This document shows positions 41,305 to 51,483 of a DNA stretch of 64,000 nucleotides, piece after piece. The notes below the pieces were generated by a model. The model had not been told where the DNA came from, made no database searches, and saw nothing but the letters and a program-made list of their open reading frames with translations. The stretch is from the NCBI GenBank assembly GCA_030065975.1, contig JASJCN010000009.1:47-64046 (forward strand), in the 5' to 3' direction. The DNA comes from Myxococcota bacterium (GTDB lineage: Bacteria; Myxococcota_A; UBA9160; UBA6930). The number at the start of each line of letters is the position of its first letter. Positions within the stretch are counted from its first letter, which is position 1. Made by a program: the position numbers and the translations under genes.

Positions 41305-42981
41305 CTAGGCCGCGGCTGCCGAGTCCCGGCGTTCGGGCGCCTGAATCTGGTAGCGGTGCCGCACCACCTCGATGTAGCGGCGCGTCTCCTCCCGGGTCCG
41401 GGCCTCGTCCCACCCCGCGACCTCCGCGGCCACCCGCGAGAGCTCGTCGAGCTGGGCCAGCCCCTGGCCGATCGAGAAGATGGCCACGCGCACCCGTCGC
41501 TGGAGCAGGTCGCAGAGCGACGCCGCACACTCGTACTCGAGGCCGTGGCGAAGCTCGGCGTACAGGAAGCGCGATTCGCCGATGGTGCGCGCCTCCGCCT
41601 CGCTGGCGCCGTCGAGGATCGCCTCGGCCGCGAGCCCGTGGGAGCGGACGAGGTTCGAGAGGGCGGGCTCCGGGATCGACGTCCGAGCGGCGAGGGCCGC
41701 CTGGAACTCCTCGAGGGGGAAGTCGTCCTCGCGCAGGGGCAGCTCGGCCGTGCGGCTGCGGCCGGCCTCGGCCCTGCGCTCGGCGGGGAGTCCGCGAACC
41801 GCGAGATCCACGACCCGCTCTCCCATCGCCCGGTAGGTGGTGAGCTTGCCTCCCGAAACCGTGATCAGGCCCGAGTCCTCGACCTCCACGTGGTCGTCGC
41901 GCGAGACGCTCGACTCGGGGCTCTCGTCGTCGTCGCTCGCCACCAGCGGCCGCACGCCCGCGAACACGCAGCGCACGTCGTTGGTGGTGAGGGCGAGGCC
42001 GGGAAAGGCGTCGTTGCCCGCCGAGAGCAGGTAGTGGACCTCGTCGATGGTGACCACCGGGTCGCGCACCTGATCGGTGAAGGAATCGGTCGTCCCGAGC
42101 AGGATCACGTCGTCGTAGGGCGCCGCGAACACGTTGCGGCCGTCGCTGCCTTCGAAGCTCACGACGCCCTCGAGCGGGATCCGCTCGCGCGGGATCACCA
42201 CGTGGACGCCCTTGGCCGGGCGCAGCTTCTGCTTCGTCTCGGGCCGGTCGATGCCGCGAACGCCCTCGACCCCGGGCCCGGCGGCGTTGACGGTCACCGA
42301 GGCGGCAATCCGGTGGTCCTCTCCCGAGAGCCGGTCACGCACCAGGGCGCCGCGGATCCGGCCCTTCCCGTCGTGCTCGAGGGCCACGAGCTCGGCGTGG
42401 TTCGCAGCCTCGGCACCCAGGTGCCGTGCGCTCTTCAGCGTCTCGATCACGAGGCGCGCGTCGTCGACCTGTCCGTCGGTGTACACGCCCGCTCCGCGCA
42501 AACCCTCGCGGCGAAGAGAGGGAGCGTAGTCGGCGATGGCCTGACGGGAGAGCATGCGGAAGCGCGAGCTCTTGCGGAAGCCGGCCATCGCGCTGTAGGT
42601 GCCGAGCGCGGCGCGCACCATCCAGAGCGGCAGCTTGCCGCCCTCGAAGGCGGGAAGCAGGAAGGGAACCGGCCGCACCAGGTTGGGGAGCTGGCGCATC
42701 AGCAGGTCCCGCTCGCGCACGGACTCCCGGGTGGTTCCGAACTGCCCCTGGGCCAGGTAGCGAAGCCCCCCGTGCACCATCTTCGAGGAGTAGCTGGAGG
42801 TGCCCGAGGCGAAGTCGCTGCGCTCGACGAGCAGGGCGCGCAGGCCGCGGCTCGCCGCGTCGCGCAGCACGCCGGCCCCGGTGATCCCTCCGCCGATGAC
42901 GAGCACGTCCACGCCGGCCCGCGCGGCCTCGCGCAGCGCGGGGGCCCGATCGGCGACGCTCCAGGCGAGACGCCCGCTCAC
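41305..42981 (-). CDS. glpD: FAD-dependent glycerol-3-phosphate dehydrogenase
   Basis: DVLVIGGGITGAGVLRDAASRGLRALLVERSDFASGTSSYSSKMVHGGLRYL plus the C-terminal GlpD alpha-helical domain. 558 aa. Confidence 0.9.
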   Translation of the reverse strand: MSGRLAWSVADRAPALREAARAGVDVLVIGGGITGAGVLRDAASRGLRALLVERSDFASGTSSYSSKMVHGGLRYLAQGQFGTTRESVRERDLLMRQLPNLVRPVPFLLPAFEGGKLPLWMVRAALGTYSAMAGFRKSSRFRMLSRQAIADYAPSLRREGLRGAGVYTDGQVDDARLVIETLKSARHLGAEAANHAELVALEHDGKGRIRGALVRDRLSGEDHRIAASVTVNAAGPGVEGVRGIDRPETKQKLRPAKGVHVVIPRERIPLEGVVSFEGSDGRNVFAAPYDDVILLGTTDSFTDQVRDPVVTIDEVHYLLSAGNDAFPGLALTTNDVRCVFAGVRPLVASDDDESPESSVSRDDHVEVEDSGLITVSGGKLTTYRAMGERVVDLAVRGLPAERRAEAGRSRTAELPLREDDFPLEEFQAALAARTSIPEPALSNLVRSHGLAAEAILDGASEAEARTIGESRFLYAELRHGLEYECAASLCDLLQRRVRVAIFSIGQGLAQLDELSRVAAEVAGWDEARTREETRRYIEVVRHRYQIQAPERRDSAAAA

Positions 42982-43745
42982 GGCAGCACTCCGCCGCCGG
43001 CCTCGGGCCCGATCAGACCCTCGCGCTCGAGACGCTCGGCCTCGGCGAGGATCGCCGTCTCGCTGTAGGCGAGCATGCCGCCCACGATCTCGCGGGCGGC
43101 CTCGGGGTCACCGGCCTCGAGGGCCGTGAGGAGCTCGCGGTGGGTCTCGAGCGAGCGGCGGTGGTCCCGCGACTCGTTGTAGTAGATGGGGCCGAGGCGC
43201 CGGATCAGCCGACTGAAGAGGTTGGTCACCAGCTGGTAGAGGAGGTTGTGCGTCGCCTCTCCGAGCAGCCGGTTGAGCTCGACGTCGATGGCGAGGCTCT
43301 CGCCGGGGTCACGGGCCTGGGCACGCTCGCGCTCGAGCAGCGCCCGGCCGCGCGCGAGCTGCTCCTCGGTGCGGTGCTCGGCGGCGAGGGCCACGACCTC
43401 GAGGGTGATGTTGCGCCGGAACACGAGAAGCTGGGCCAGCAGGTCGCGCGTGATGCGGCGCGGCTCGCGCAGCAGCGATTCGATCACCTGGAGCGCCGCG
43501 GAGTCGCCGAGCTCCCGCACGAAGGTGCCGAGCCCGTGACGCACCTCGACCAGCTCCAGGAACTCGAGCCGCTTGACCGCCTCGCGGACCGACGCGCGGT
43601 TGACCGCCAGCTGCTCGGCGAGGTCGCGCTCGTTGGGCAGCCGCTCACCGGGCGCGTAGTCGCCGGCCAGGATGTGCGCGCGGAGCTGCTCGAAGACGCC
43701 GTCTGCGCGGCGCGGAGCTTCGAGCGGGCGAAGGGCGGTCTGCAT
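42978..43745 (-). CDS. GntR-family (FadR/FCD subfamily) transcriptional regulator
   Basis: GERLPNERDLAEQLAVNRASVREAVKRLEFLELVEVRHGLGTFV is the GntR HTH, followed by an FCD domain. ATG at 43745 has GAGGAG upstream. The stop/start overlaps glpD. Confidence 0.9.
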   Translation of the reverse strand: MQTALRPLEAPRRADGVFEQLRAHILAGDYAPGERLPNERDLAEQLAVNRASVREAVKRLEFLELVEVRHGLGTFVRELGDSAALQVIESLLREPRRITRDLLAQLLVFRRNITLEVVALAAEHRTEEQLARGRALLERERAQARDPGESLAIDVELNRLLGEATHNLLYQLVTNLFSRLIRRLGPIYYNESRDHRRSLETHRELLTALEAGDPEAAREIVGGMLAYSETAILAEAERLEREGLIGPEAGGGVLP

Positions 43746-43930
43746 GGGAGGGCTCCTCGAATCGGGACCTGTCCGGTTTCGACTTTCGGGTCCAACTTCC
43801 GGGCAAGACATCCGGGTACGACATCGGAGGTCCGACCACTGACTCTAACGCGCTCTCGAGCCCCATCAATCCGCCCCTGCGAGGCCACTTCCCCGCAGGG
43901 GCAAGCACCGCCGGCTAGCCTTGGCGGGTC

Positions 43931-44722
43931 ATGACGCCTCGCAACTGGGTCCGGCTGCGGTGGCTCGGGGCCGCGGTGTTGCTGGCCGCCATCGCGGCGG
44001 GCCTCGTCCTGCGGGCCCGTCTCGGCATCGAGTGGAGCCTCGAGTCCGTCCGCGCCGTGGTCGACGACCTCGGCATCTGGGCGCCGATCGGCTTCACGGG
44101 GATCGTCGCGGTGCGCTCGCTCTTGTTGCTGCCGTCGCAGCTCGTGCTCACCGTGGGCGGCCTGGCCTTCGGTACGGCGGGAGGAACCGTCTGGGGTGGG
44201 CTCGGGCTGCTGCTGAACGGCGTGGCGATCTTCGCCGTGGTGCGTTGGCTCGGTCTCGAGTCGGTACGCACGCGGGTCCCGAAGGCGCTGCACCGCGCCC
44301 TCGACGCGGCCGGGGGCCGGGCGGGTGCCGCCGGGCTGGCGGTCGCCACGAGCTATCCCGTCGGCCCCATCGCGATCTACCAGGCGGCCGCGGGACTCAC
44401 GCGGATGTCCGTCGCCCTGTACCTGATGGCCGCGACGCTCGGCTGCTTCGGGCGCGCCGGGCTCTACGCCACCTTCGGCGGGGGCCTCGTCGAAGGCCGC
44501 ACGATCCAGGTCGCCGCCGCGCTCGGAGTGATCGCGATCTCGCTGATCCCCCTCGCCCATCCCCGGGTCCGCGCACGACTCGCGGCCCTCCTCGAGCGGC
44601 CGGGAGCAGAGGCCGCGCACCGCGAGGGCCACGCCGGCAGCGGACCGGCAGGCCCCGAGGGAGATGTCTCAGCCGGTGAGCGGCGTCACCCGATCCAGCA
44701 GGGCGATCGCAACGCGCCCTGA
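43931..44722 (+). CDS. TVP38/TMEM64 (DedA/SNARE-associated) family membrane protein
   Basis: Polytopic membrane protein with GIWAPIGFTGIVAVRSLLLLPSQLVLTVGGLAFG, typical of the family. Confidence 0.8.
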   Translation: MTPRNWVRLRWLGAAVLLAAIAAGLVLRARLGIEWSLESVRAVVDDLGIWAPIGFTGIVAVRSLLLLPSQLVLTVGGLAFGTAGGTVWGGLGLLLNGVAIFAVVRWLGLESVRTRVPKALHRALDAAGGRAGAAGLAVATSYPVGPIAIYQAAAGLTRMSVALYLMAATLGCFGRAGLYATFGGGLVEGRTIQVAAALGVIAISLIPLAHPRVRARLAALLERPGAEAAHREGHAGSGPAGPEGDVSAGERRHPIQQGDRNAP

Positions 44723-44763
44723 GTCCCGCCCGCGAGGGGGCCCGCCGGGCGCGCGGAGTCGTC

Positions 44764-45657
44764 GTGCCCTACTCGATCGGAATCCAGGCCGCCATGATGC
44801 TGGCGCTTTGGGTGCTGCTGTGCGCGTGGTCGCGTGATCGCCACTCGGACTCGGGCCCGTGGTTCGTCGCGCTGGCGGCGGCTCTCGTGCTGTGGTGCGC
44901 GGGCGAGGTGCTCTTCGGCTTCGGCGCGGTCGATCCGGTCACCCGCGACCGCATCTCCTTCCTCGGCATCCTGGCGACGCCGCCGCTCTGGGTCGGCGTC
45001 GCGGCGCATTCCGGCGGCACGGACTTCACGCGGCGCGTACCGTGGTTCCCGCTGGCGCTGCTGGCACCGAGCGCGGTGTTCTACGCCCTGCTCTGGTCCG
45101 GCCCGCTCGCCGCGGTCTTCCTGATCTCGGACGGCGGCATCGGCAAGGAGGGGCCGCTCTTCGACGTCTGGATGCTCTGGGCGTACACGCTGATGGCTGG
45201 CGGCCTCTACTACCTGCTCTTCGCGGTGCGGAGCTGGCCGCGTCGCGGGCTCTTGCCGCGGATGGTGGCGCTGTGTGCGGCGGTGCTCCTGCCGGTGCTC
45301 GGGAACGCCGTCTACGTCTACGGCAGCCTCGACCCGATCCGCGATCCCACGCCGATCCTGATGGCGCTCTCGGCCATGCCCCTGCGCCGCGCGCTGTTCG
45401 CGAGCCGCTTCTTCGAGGTGCTCCCCGTCGAGCAGCAGGACATCGTCGCGGGCATGCCCGTGGCCGTGGTGCTGGCCGACGCCACCGGCACCGTGGTGAT
45501 GCTGAACCGCCGCGCCGAGGAGGTGCTCTCCCACCGCCGCGCCCAGCTGATCGGCCGCTCCCTCGATGCGGTGCTGCAGCTGGTACCCGAGGGCGTGGGC
45601 TCGCGGGTCGCCAACGGCCCCGGCGGAGCCCAGTGCGCCGTCCTCGGCGTCAGCTGA
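44764..45657 (+). CDS. Membrane sensor: 7TM (HisKA_7TM-like) input domain + partial PAS, no output domain
   Basis: About 7 TM helices rich in Trp/Leu, then VEQQDIVAGMPVAVVLADATGTVVMLNRRAEEVLSHRRAQLIGRSL (the start of a PAS fold). It terminates after about 75 PAS residues. Confidence 0.65.
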   Translation: MPYSIGIQAAMMLALWVLLCAWSRDRHSDSGPWFVALAAALVLWCAGEVLFGFGAVDPVTRDRISFLGILATPPLWVGVAAHSGGTDFTRRVPWFPLALLAPSAVFYALLWSGPLAAVFLISDGGIGKEGPLFDVWMLWAYTLMAGGLYYLLFAVRSWPRRGLLPRMVALCAAVLLPVLGNAVYVYGSLDPIRDPTPILMALSAMPLRRALFASRFFEVLPVEQQDIVAGMPVAVVLADATGTVVMLNRRAEEVLSHRRAQLIGRSLDAVLQLVPEGVGSRVANGPGGAQCAVLGVS

Positions 45658-45669
45658 GGCGGATCTTCC

Positions 45670-47940
45670 CTAGCCCTGCTTCAGCAGGTTGAGCGCGGAC
45701 CCGGCCCGGAACCAGGCGATCTGGTCCTGGTTGAGCGTGTGGTTCGCCTGGAATACGTCCGTGCTCCCGTCCTCGTGGTGGAGGGTCACGCCCACCGGGC
45801 GGTCGGGTGCCAGATCGGCCAGTCCCGTCACGCTCACCCGGTCTCCCTCCTGCACCTTGTCGTAGTCGGCGGGGTCGTCGAAGGTCAGCGGCAGCACGCC
45901 CTGCTTCTTCAGGTTCGTCTCGTGGATGCGCGCGAAGCTCCGCACCAGCACGGCGGCGCCACCGAGGTGCCGCGGCTCCATGGCCGCGTGCTCGCGGCTG
46001 GAACCCTCGCCGTAGTTCTCGTCGCCCACGACGACCCAGCGCAGGCCCTTGCTCTTGTAGTCGCGAGCGACGGCCGGGAAGCCGACACCCCGCTCACCGG
46101 TCACCTGGTTCAGCCCGGTGCCGGCGTCGCCGGTGAAGGCGTTGATGGCACCGATGAACATGTTGTCGCTGATCCTGTCCAGGTGGCCGCGGAAGCGCAG
46201 CCAGGGCCCGGCCATCGAGATGTGGTCGGTGGTGCACTTGCCCTTGGCCTTGAGCAGCAGATTGAGCTCGGTGAAGTCGTTGCCGTCCCAGGCCGCGAAG
46301 GGCTCGAGGAAGGCCAGGCGCTCGCTGTCGGGGTCGACCACCACCGACACCGAGGAGCGATCCGCCGGCGGCGCCTCGTAGCCGTCGGCGTTGGCCACGA
46401 AGCCGTTCTCGGGCACGTCGGGGGCGGGCGCCGGCGGCTCGAGCCGGATGCGTCCACCGCCCTCGAGCTCGATCTCGTCCCGGGTCGGATCGATGTCCAG
46501 CTTCCCCGCGATCGCGTAGGCCACGGTCAGCTCGGGGCTCGCGATGAACGCCAGGGTCTCCGGGTTGCCGTCGTTGCGCTTGGGGAAGTTGCGGTTGAAC
46601 GAGGTGAGGATCGAGTTGCTCTCGCCCTTCTGGACGTCGTCGCGCTTCCACTGGCCGATGCAGGGCCCGCAGGCGTTGGCCAGCACCACGGCACCGATGG
46701 CCTCGAGGTCCGAGAGCTGGCCGTCGCGCTGGATGGTCTGATGGATCTGCTCCGACCCCGGCGTGCACCAGAGCTTCGTCTGCGCCCGGGCGCCCGCGGC
46801 CGTCGCCTGACGTGCCACGTCCGCGGCGCGAGACAGGTCCTCGTACGAGGAGTTGGTGCAGCTTCCGATCAGGCAGGAGGTGAGATTCGCGGGGTAGCCC
46901 TGCTCCGAGACGTCCGCGGCCATGCGCGAGACGGGCCGAGCGAGGTCGGGGGTGTGGGGCCCGACGATGTGCGGCTCGAGGGTCGAGAGATCGATCTCGA
47001 TGATCTCGTCGAAGAAGCGGCCCGGATCCGCGGCCACCTCGGGGTCCGCCTGCAGCAGCGCGGCGTTCTCGTTGGCGAGCGCAGCGAGATCGGAGCGCTC
47101 GGTCGACTCGAGGTAGAGCGCCATGCGCTCGTCGTAGGGGAAGATCGAGGTGGTGGCCCCGAGCTCCGCACCCATGTTCGTGATTGTGCCCTTGCCCGTG
47201 CAGGAGAGCGAGGCGGTGCCCGGGCCGAAGTACTCGACCACGCGATTGGTGCCGCCCTTCACGGTGAGCAGCTCGCAGACCTTGAGGATCACGTCCTTCG
47301 GCGAGGCCCATCCCGAGAGCTCGCCCGTCAGGTGTACGCCCACGAGCTTCGGGTGCAGGACCTCCCACGGGAACGACGCCATCACGTCCACGGCGTCCGC
47401 GCCGCCGACGCCGCACGCGAACATGCCGAGCCCCCCTGCGTTGGGCGTGTGGGAGTCGGTGCCGATCATCATGCCGCCCGGGAAGGCGTACTTCTCGAGC
47501 ACCACCTGATGGATGATGCCCGCTCCCGGGCCCCAGAAGCCGATGCCGTAGCGTGCACACGCCGAGCGCAGGAAGTCGTACACCTCGCGATTGGTGACGC
47601 TCGCGGTCTTCATGTCCGCGGCCGCGCCCTCGTAGGCCTGGATCAGGTGATCGCAGTGGACGGTCGTCGGGACGGCGGTCTCCTCGCGTCCCGAGGAGAT
47701 GAACTGCAGCAAGGCCATCTGCGCGGTGGCGTCCTGCATGGCGACGCGGTCGGGCCGCAGCTCGAGGTAGGCGTCGCCGGGCGCGAGCTCCTGTCCCTTG
47801 GGGTCCGCCAGGTGACCCAGCAGGATCTTCTCCGCGTAGGTCAGCGGCCGATCCAGACGCTCGCGGACGATGGCGAGGTTGCGCTCCAGGGTCGCGTAGG
47901 TGCTGGCGACCAGATCACGGGTGGTCTCGATGGCAGGCAT
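45670..47940 (-). CDS. Aconitate hydratase (mitochondrial-type, ~756 aa)
   Basis: From the ATG at 47940: [33 protein letters not shown], and [14 protein letters not shown]. The Fe-S ligand contexts are GSCTNSS and [11 protein letters not shown], and [14 protein letters not shown] is also present. Confidence 0.95.
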   Translation of the reverse strand: MPAIETTRDLVASTYATLERNLAIVRERLDRPLTYAEKILLGHLADPKGQELAPGDAYLELRPDRVAMQDATAQMALLQFISSGREETAVPTTVHCDHLIQAYEGAAADMKTASVTNREVYDFLRSACARYGIGFWGPGAGIIHQVVLEKYAFPGGMMIGTDSHTPNAGGLGMFACGVGGADAVDVMASFPWEVLHPKLVGVHLTGELSGWASPKDVILKVCELLTVKGGTNRVVEYFGPGTASLSCTGKGTITNMGAELGATTSIFPYDERMALYLESTERSDLAALANENAALLQADPEVAADPGRFFDEIIEIDLSTLEPHIVGPHTPDLARPVSRMAADVSEQGYPANLTSCLIGSCTNSSYEDLSRAADVARQATAAGARAQTKLWCTPGSEQIHQTIQRDGQLSDLEAIGAVVLANACGPCIGQWKRDDVQKGESNSILTSFNRNFPKRNDGNPETLAFIASPELTVAYAIAGKLDIDPTRDEIELEGGGRIRLEPPAPAPDVPENGFVANADGYEAPPADRSSVSVVVDPDSERLAFLEPFAAWDGNDFTELNLLLKAKGKCTTDHISMAGPWLRFRGHLDRISDNMFIGAINAFTGDAGTGLNQVTGERGVGFPAVARDYKSKGLRWVVVGDENYGEGSSREHAAMEPRHLGGAAVLVRSFARIHETNLKKQGVLPLTFDDPADYDKVQEGDRVSVTGLADLAPDRPVGVTLHHEDGSTDVFQANHTLNQDQIAWFRAGSALNLLKQG

Positions 47941-48096
47941 GCGGGACTCCTGTCTTCGGCGGCTATCGGCAGTCGTTCGACGCGCCTTTGCGGCGGATGG
48001 CGGACGGTAGCAGTTCACCTGCGGCTCCCGTGGGGGCCTCGCGCGCTGGCGGGGGACCCCGGGGGCGTTTCGGCAGGGCTCGTGTAGGATGCAGCC

Positions 48097-48960
48097 GTGT
48101 CTCCCGAGTTTCGTCGAGTCCCCGGTGCGGATGGACTCACCTTGAGCGTCCTCGAATGGAGTCAGGAGGGCGTTCCGCTCGTCCTGATCCACGGCTTCGG
48201 CAACGACGCGCACATCTGGGACGATTTCGCCCCGACGGTCGCTCCCTACTATCGGACCCTGGCCATCGACCTGCGCGGGCACGGCGACTCGGACCACGAC
48301 CCCGAGCGGCGCTACGACTACGCCGCCCACGTGGCCGACCTCGAGGCGGTGACCGCGGCACTCGGCATCGAGCGCATGGTCCTGGTGGGCCACTCCCTGG
48401 GTGGCCGGGTGTCGACCCTCTTCGCGGCCGCCCACCCCGAGCGACTGGCCGGCCTGGTGATCGTGGACGCGGGCCCCGATCTCGACGTCCGGGGCACCTC
48501 CCGGATCGCCACCGATGCCGAGCGCCACGCCTCCTCGACCTTCGCCTCGCCGGCCGAGTACGGGGTGCTGCTGGCGCGCGCCTACCCGGCCTCGGCCCCC
48601 GAGGTGATCGACCGCATGGCCCGCCACGGCGTCCGCGAACGCCCGGATGGCCGCTTCGAGCGAAAGACCGATCCGGCCTTCCACGGAGCCCGGGGTGCGC
48701 TCTCCGCCGAAGATCGCGAGGCTCTCGAGGCCGAGACGAGCCGGAGCTTGTGGGAGGCCTTGTCCAAGATCGGCTGCCCCACCCTCCTGGTGCGCGGTGC
48801 CGCCTCGGACGTGCTCTCCCCCGATACGGCGGATCGCATGGAGGAGGTGCTATCGAACGGCACGCTCACGCTCGTTCCCGCCGCCTCCCACTCCGTCATG
48901 ACCGACAACCCCGAGGGATTCGCCCAGGCCGTGAATGCCTTCGTTCTGGGTGAAGACTGA
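48097..48960 (+). CDS. Alpha/beta-fold hydrolase
   Basis: LVLIHGFG (oxyanion HG), the nucleophile elbow GHSLGG and a C-terminal SH catalytic His context. GTG start. Confidence 0.9.
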   Translation: MSPEFRRVPGADGLTLSVLEWSQEGVPLVLIHGFGNDAHIWDDFAPTVAPYYRTLAIDLRGHGDSDHDPERRYDYAAHVADLEAVTAALGIERMVLVGHSLGGRVSTLFAAAHPERLAGLVIVDAGPDLDVRGTSRIATDAERHASSTFASPAEYGVLLARAYPASAPEVIDRMARHGVRERPDGRFERKTDPAFHGARGALSAEDREALEAETSRSLWEALSKIGCPTLLVRGAASDVLSPDTADRMEEVLSNGTLTLVPAASHSVMTDNPEGFAQAVNAFVLGED

Positions 48961-48985
48961 ACCCCGAGGACCGTCCAACTCCACC

Positions 48986-49666
48986 ATGCGAATCCACTTC
49001 CTCGCTGCCCTGATCGGCAGCTTCATGGCCCTGCTGGCGCCGACCCACGCCATCGCCCAGGAGCCGGATGCAGCGCCCCCCGAAGAGACGATCCCGGCCG
49101 AGGCCGCCGACGCCGCCCGCACCGCGGTGGACGAGCTCTACCGCGCCCTCTGGAAGTCCGTCGAAGGCGACCCGACGCCCAGCATCGACGAGCGCACCGC
49201 GCTGCTCGAGCCGACCGTGGCCGCTTCCTACGACCTCCCCTTCATGGCGGCCAAGGTCCTCGGACGCCACTGGAAGAGCCTGGACGACGAGGCCAAGCGC
49301 CGCTGGCTCGACGTGTTCGCGCGGCTCACCGTCCACACCTACGCCGAGCGGTTCGACGAGGACGGCGGCCAGGAGTACGAGGTCGGCGACGTGGTGTCGG
49401 GCGGCCGCGACACCCTGCTCGTGTACAGCCGCATCCTGGTGCCCGACGAGGACCCGGTCGAGGTGAACTACCGCCTCCACCAGCGCGCGGATCGCTGGGG
49501 AATCGTCGACGTCTACCTGAACGGAACGGTGAGCGAGCTGGCGCTGCGGCGCTCGGAGTACTCGGGCGTGCTGAAGCGCGACGGGTTCGAGGAGCTCGTG
49601 GCCCGTCTCGAGGCCAAGATCGCGGGGGCGCCCGCCTCCGCCGAGGACTCGGCCGCGCTCAACTGA
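48986..49666 (+). CDS. MlaC/Ttg2D-family phospholipid-binding periplasmic protein
   Basis: Signal peptide, then FMAAKVLGRHWKSLDDEAKRRWLDVFARLTVHTYAERF...WGIVDVYLNGTVSELALRRSEY, the typical toluene-tolerance/MlaC pattern. Confidence 0.8.
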   Translation: MRIHFLAALIGSFMALLAPTHAIAQEPDAAPPEETIPAEAADAARTAVDELYRALWKSVEGDPTPSIDERTALLEPTVAASYDLPFMAAKVLGRHWKSLDDEAKRRWLDVFARLTVHTYAERFDEDGGQEYEVGDVVSGGRDTLLVYSRILVPDEDPVEVNYRLHQRADRWGIVDVYLNGTVSELALRRSEYSGVLKRDGFEELVARLEAKIAGAPASAEDSAALN

Positions 49667-49674
49667 CCGCCCCG

Positions 49675-50478
49675 CTAGCGCGGTGAACGGGCGAGCTGCT
49701 GGCGGCGCTCCTCGACCATGGCGAGGCGATCCATCAGATAGGCGCCGCGCAGGGCCGAGTAGAAGTCGACTGACGTCTCGCGCAGTGCCGCGAGGCGCTC
49801 CTTCTCGACGTCGTAGGTGAACCACACGTCGCCGCCGAAGAGTGCCAGCGCCGGGCCGAGCCCGAGCAGCCACAGGTCGGGACGGAACGCGAAGTCGACC
49901 AGGGTGCCCACCGAGTCCCGCGCGGTGGTCGGGCCGAGCAGCGGCAGGACCAGGTAGGGGCCGCTGCTCACGCGGTACACGCCGAGGGTCTGGCCGAAGT
50001 CCGACTCGTGGCGCGGAATGCCCAGGCGCTCGGCGGCGTCGAAGAGCCCGAGCATCCCGAAGGTGGTGTTGAAGAGGAAGCGCCCACCCGAGCGCGCGGC
50101 GTTGCGCGGCGAGAGCTGGAGCACGTCGTTCACGAAGATGACGGGCTCGGACAGGTTCGAGAAGAAGTTGCCGAAGCTGCGGCGCACCGACCTCGGGAAG
50201 ATGCCCTCGACGCCGGATCCGATCGGGTCGACGACCCAGTCGTAGAAGCCCTGGTTGAAGCCGTGGATCCCGCGGTTCGTGCCCTCGAAGGGATCGAGCG
50301 CCTCGGGATCGATGAGATCGTCCTCGAATCCCTCGTCGAGGCCGGACAGCTCCTCGAGATCCAGGAGGGGATCGACGAGGACCTCGGACGAGGCTTCGCC
50401 CGGCCCGAAGGCGACGAGCGCGGCCACGAGCGTGGCGAGGAGGAGCCGCGGCGCGGCTCTTCGATGGCGTCCCCTCAT
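49675..50478 (-). CDS. MlaA/VacJ-family outer-membrane lipoprotein
   Basis: DPFEGTNRGIHGFNQGFYDWVVDPI...NDVLQ...FNTTFGMLGLFDAA...DFGQTLG are the VacJ family blocks. Confidence 0.85.
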   Translation of the reverse strand: MRGRHRRAAPRLLLATLVAALVAFGPGEASSEVLVDPLLDLEELSGLDEGFEDDLIDPEALDPFEGTNRGIHGFNQGFYDWVVDPIGSGVEGIFPRSVRRSFGNFFSNLSEPVIFVNDVLQLSPRNAARSGGRFLFNTTFGMLGLFDAAERLGIPRHESDFGQTLGVYRVSSGPYLVLPLLGPTTARDSVGTLVDFAFRPDLWLLGLGPALALFGGDVWFTYDVEKERLAALRETSVDFYSALRGAYLMDRLAMVEERRQQLARSPR

Positions 50479-50541
50479 GGATTCCCTTCGTGACGGCCGA
50501 TCTTAGCCGAAAGCAACGGCCGCCCACGGTCCGCGGAAGTG

Positions 50542-51459
50542 CTAGCCCCCGAGCCCGTCCTCGCGATGGCGGGCCTTCAGCCGGTGGCGCCCCACGAGAT
50601 CGTCCACGAACTGCCGCGCGGTGCGCCCCGAGCGGGACGAGCGGTCGAGCGCCCAGCGCAGGGCCTCCTCGCGCAGGAGCTCCTCCGGAACGTCGATGCC
50701 CGACTGCGCCACGTAGTGGGAGACGATGGCCAGGTAGGTCTTCTGGTCGAAGCCGTAGAACGCGAGCACCAGCCCGAAGCGCTCGGCCAGGGCGAGCTTC
50801 TCCTCGAGGGCCTCGCCCAGGTGCAGGTCGCCGTCGGCGTCCAGATGGACGGCCTGGTTCTCGCTGCGGCGCTGGGGCAGCAGGTGGCGCCGATTGCTGG
50901 TCACGATCAGGCAGACGTTCTCGGGCGCCGTGGTCACGCCCCCCTCGAGCACCGCCTTGAGCTCGCGGTAGCCGGCCTCGCCCTCGCCGAAGGAGAGGTC
51001 GTCGCAGAAGAGCAGGAAGCGCTGCTTCTGGTCGCGGAGGGCGGGCAGGAGTCGCGGCAGGGCCTCGAGATCGTCTCGACGGATCTCGATGATGCGCAGG
51101 CCGCGCTCGGCGTAGCGGGTGAGCAGGCCGCGCACCGCCGAGGACTTGCCGGTCCCCCGCTCCCCGTGGAGCAGCACGTGATTGAAGGGCAGGCCCTCGA
51201 CGAACTGCTCGGTGTTGCGCAGCAGGCGCGCCACCGAGCGATCCACGCCGATCAGGTCGTCGAGATCGAAGCCCCCGGGCGACTCGACCGGTAGGAGATG
51301 ACCGCCGTGAGGGCCCGCGAGCCCCGGGTCGAAGCGGAACGCGTGGTACCGGGCCAGCACCTCGGGCTCGAGATCACGAGGTGCGCGTGCGCCGAGCCAG
51401 CCCTCGGCCAGGGCGAGGACACGGTCGAGGCGCTCGAGCAGCTGGCGGATGGAGTCCAT
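50542..51459 (-). CDS. DUF815-family AAA-type ATP-binding protein
   Basis: From the ATG at 51459: NHVLLHGERGTGKSSAV (Walker A), RFLLFCDDLSF (Walker B) and TSNRRHL. Typical DUF815 architecture. Confidence 0.85.
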   Translation of the reverse strand: MDSIRQLLERLDRVLALAEGWLGARAPRDLEPEVLARYHAFRFDPGLAGPHGGHLLPVESPGGFDLDDLIGVDRSVARLLRNTEQFVEGLPFNHVLLHGERGTGKSSAVRGLLTRYAERGLRIIEIRRDDLEALPRLLPALRDQKQRFLLFCDDLSFGEGEAGYRELKAVLEGGVTTAPENVCLIVTSNRRHLLPQRRSENQAVHLDADGDLHLGEALEEKLALAERFGLVLAFYGFDQKTYLAIVSHYVAQSGIDVPEELLREEALRWALDRSSRSGRTARQFVDDLVGRHRLKARHREDGLGG

Positions 51460-51483
51460 GGGCGGGAGTGTAGACTCGCCGCG

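Noticed and set aside
27111-45673. 18.5-kb segment bounded by perfect inverted 14-mers (CTAGGGAAGATCCG / CGGATCTTCCCTAG) as a composite transposon or genomic island
   Set aside because: The interior is ordinary housekeeping content (NadE, GlpD and similar), with no transposase or integrase and no visible compositional shift. A single 14-nt inverted match is within chance expectation for 64 kb of GC-rich sequence. It is kept only as a low-interest note on terminus-like motifs.
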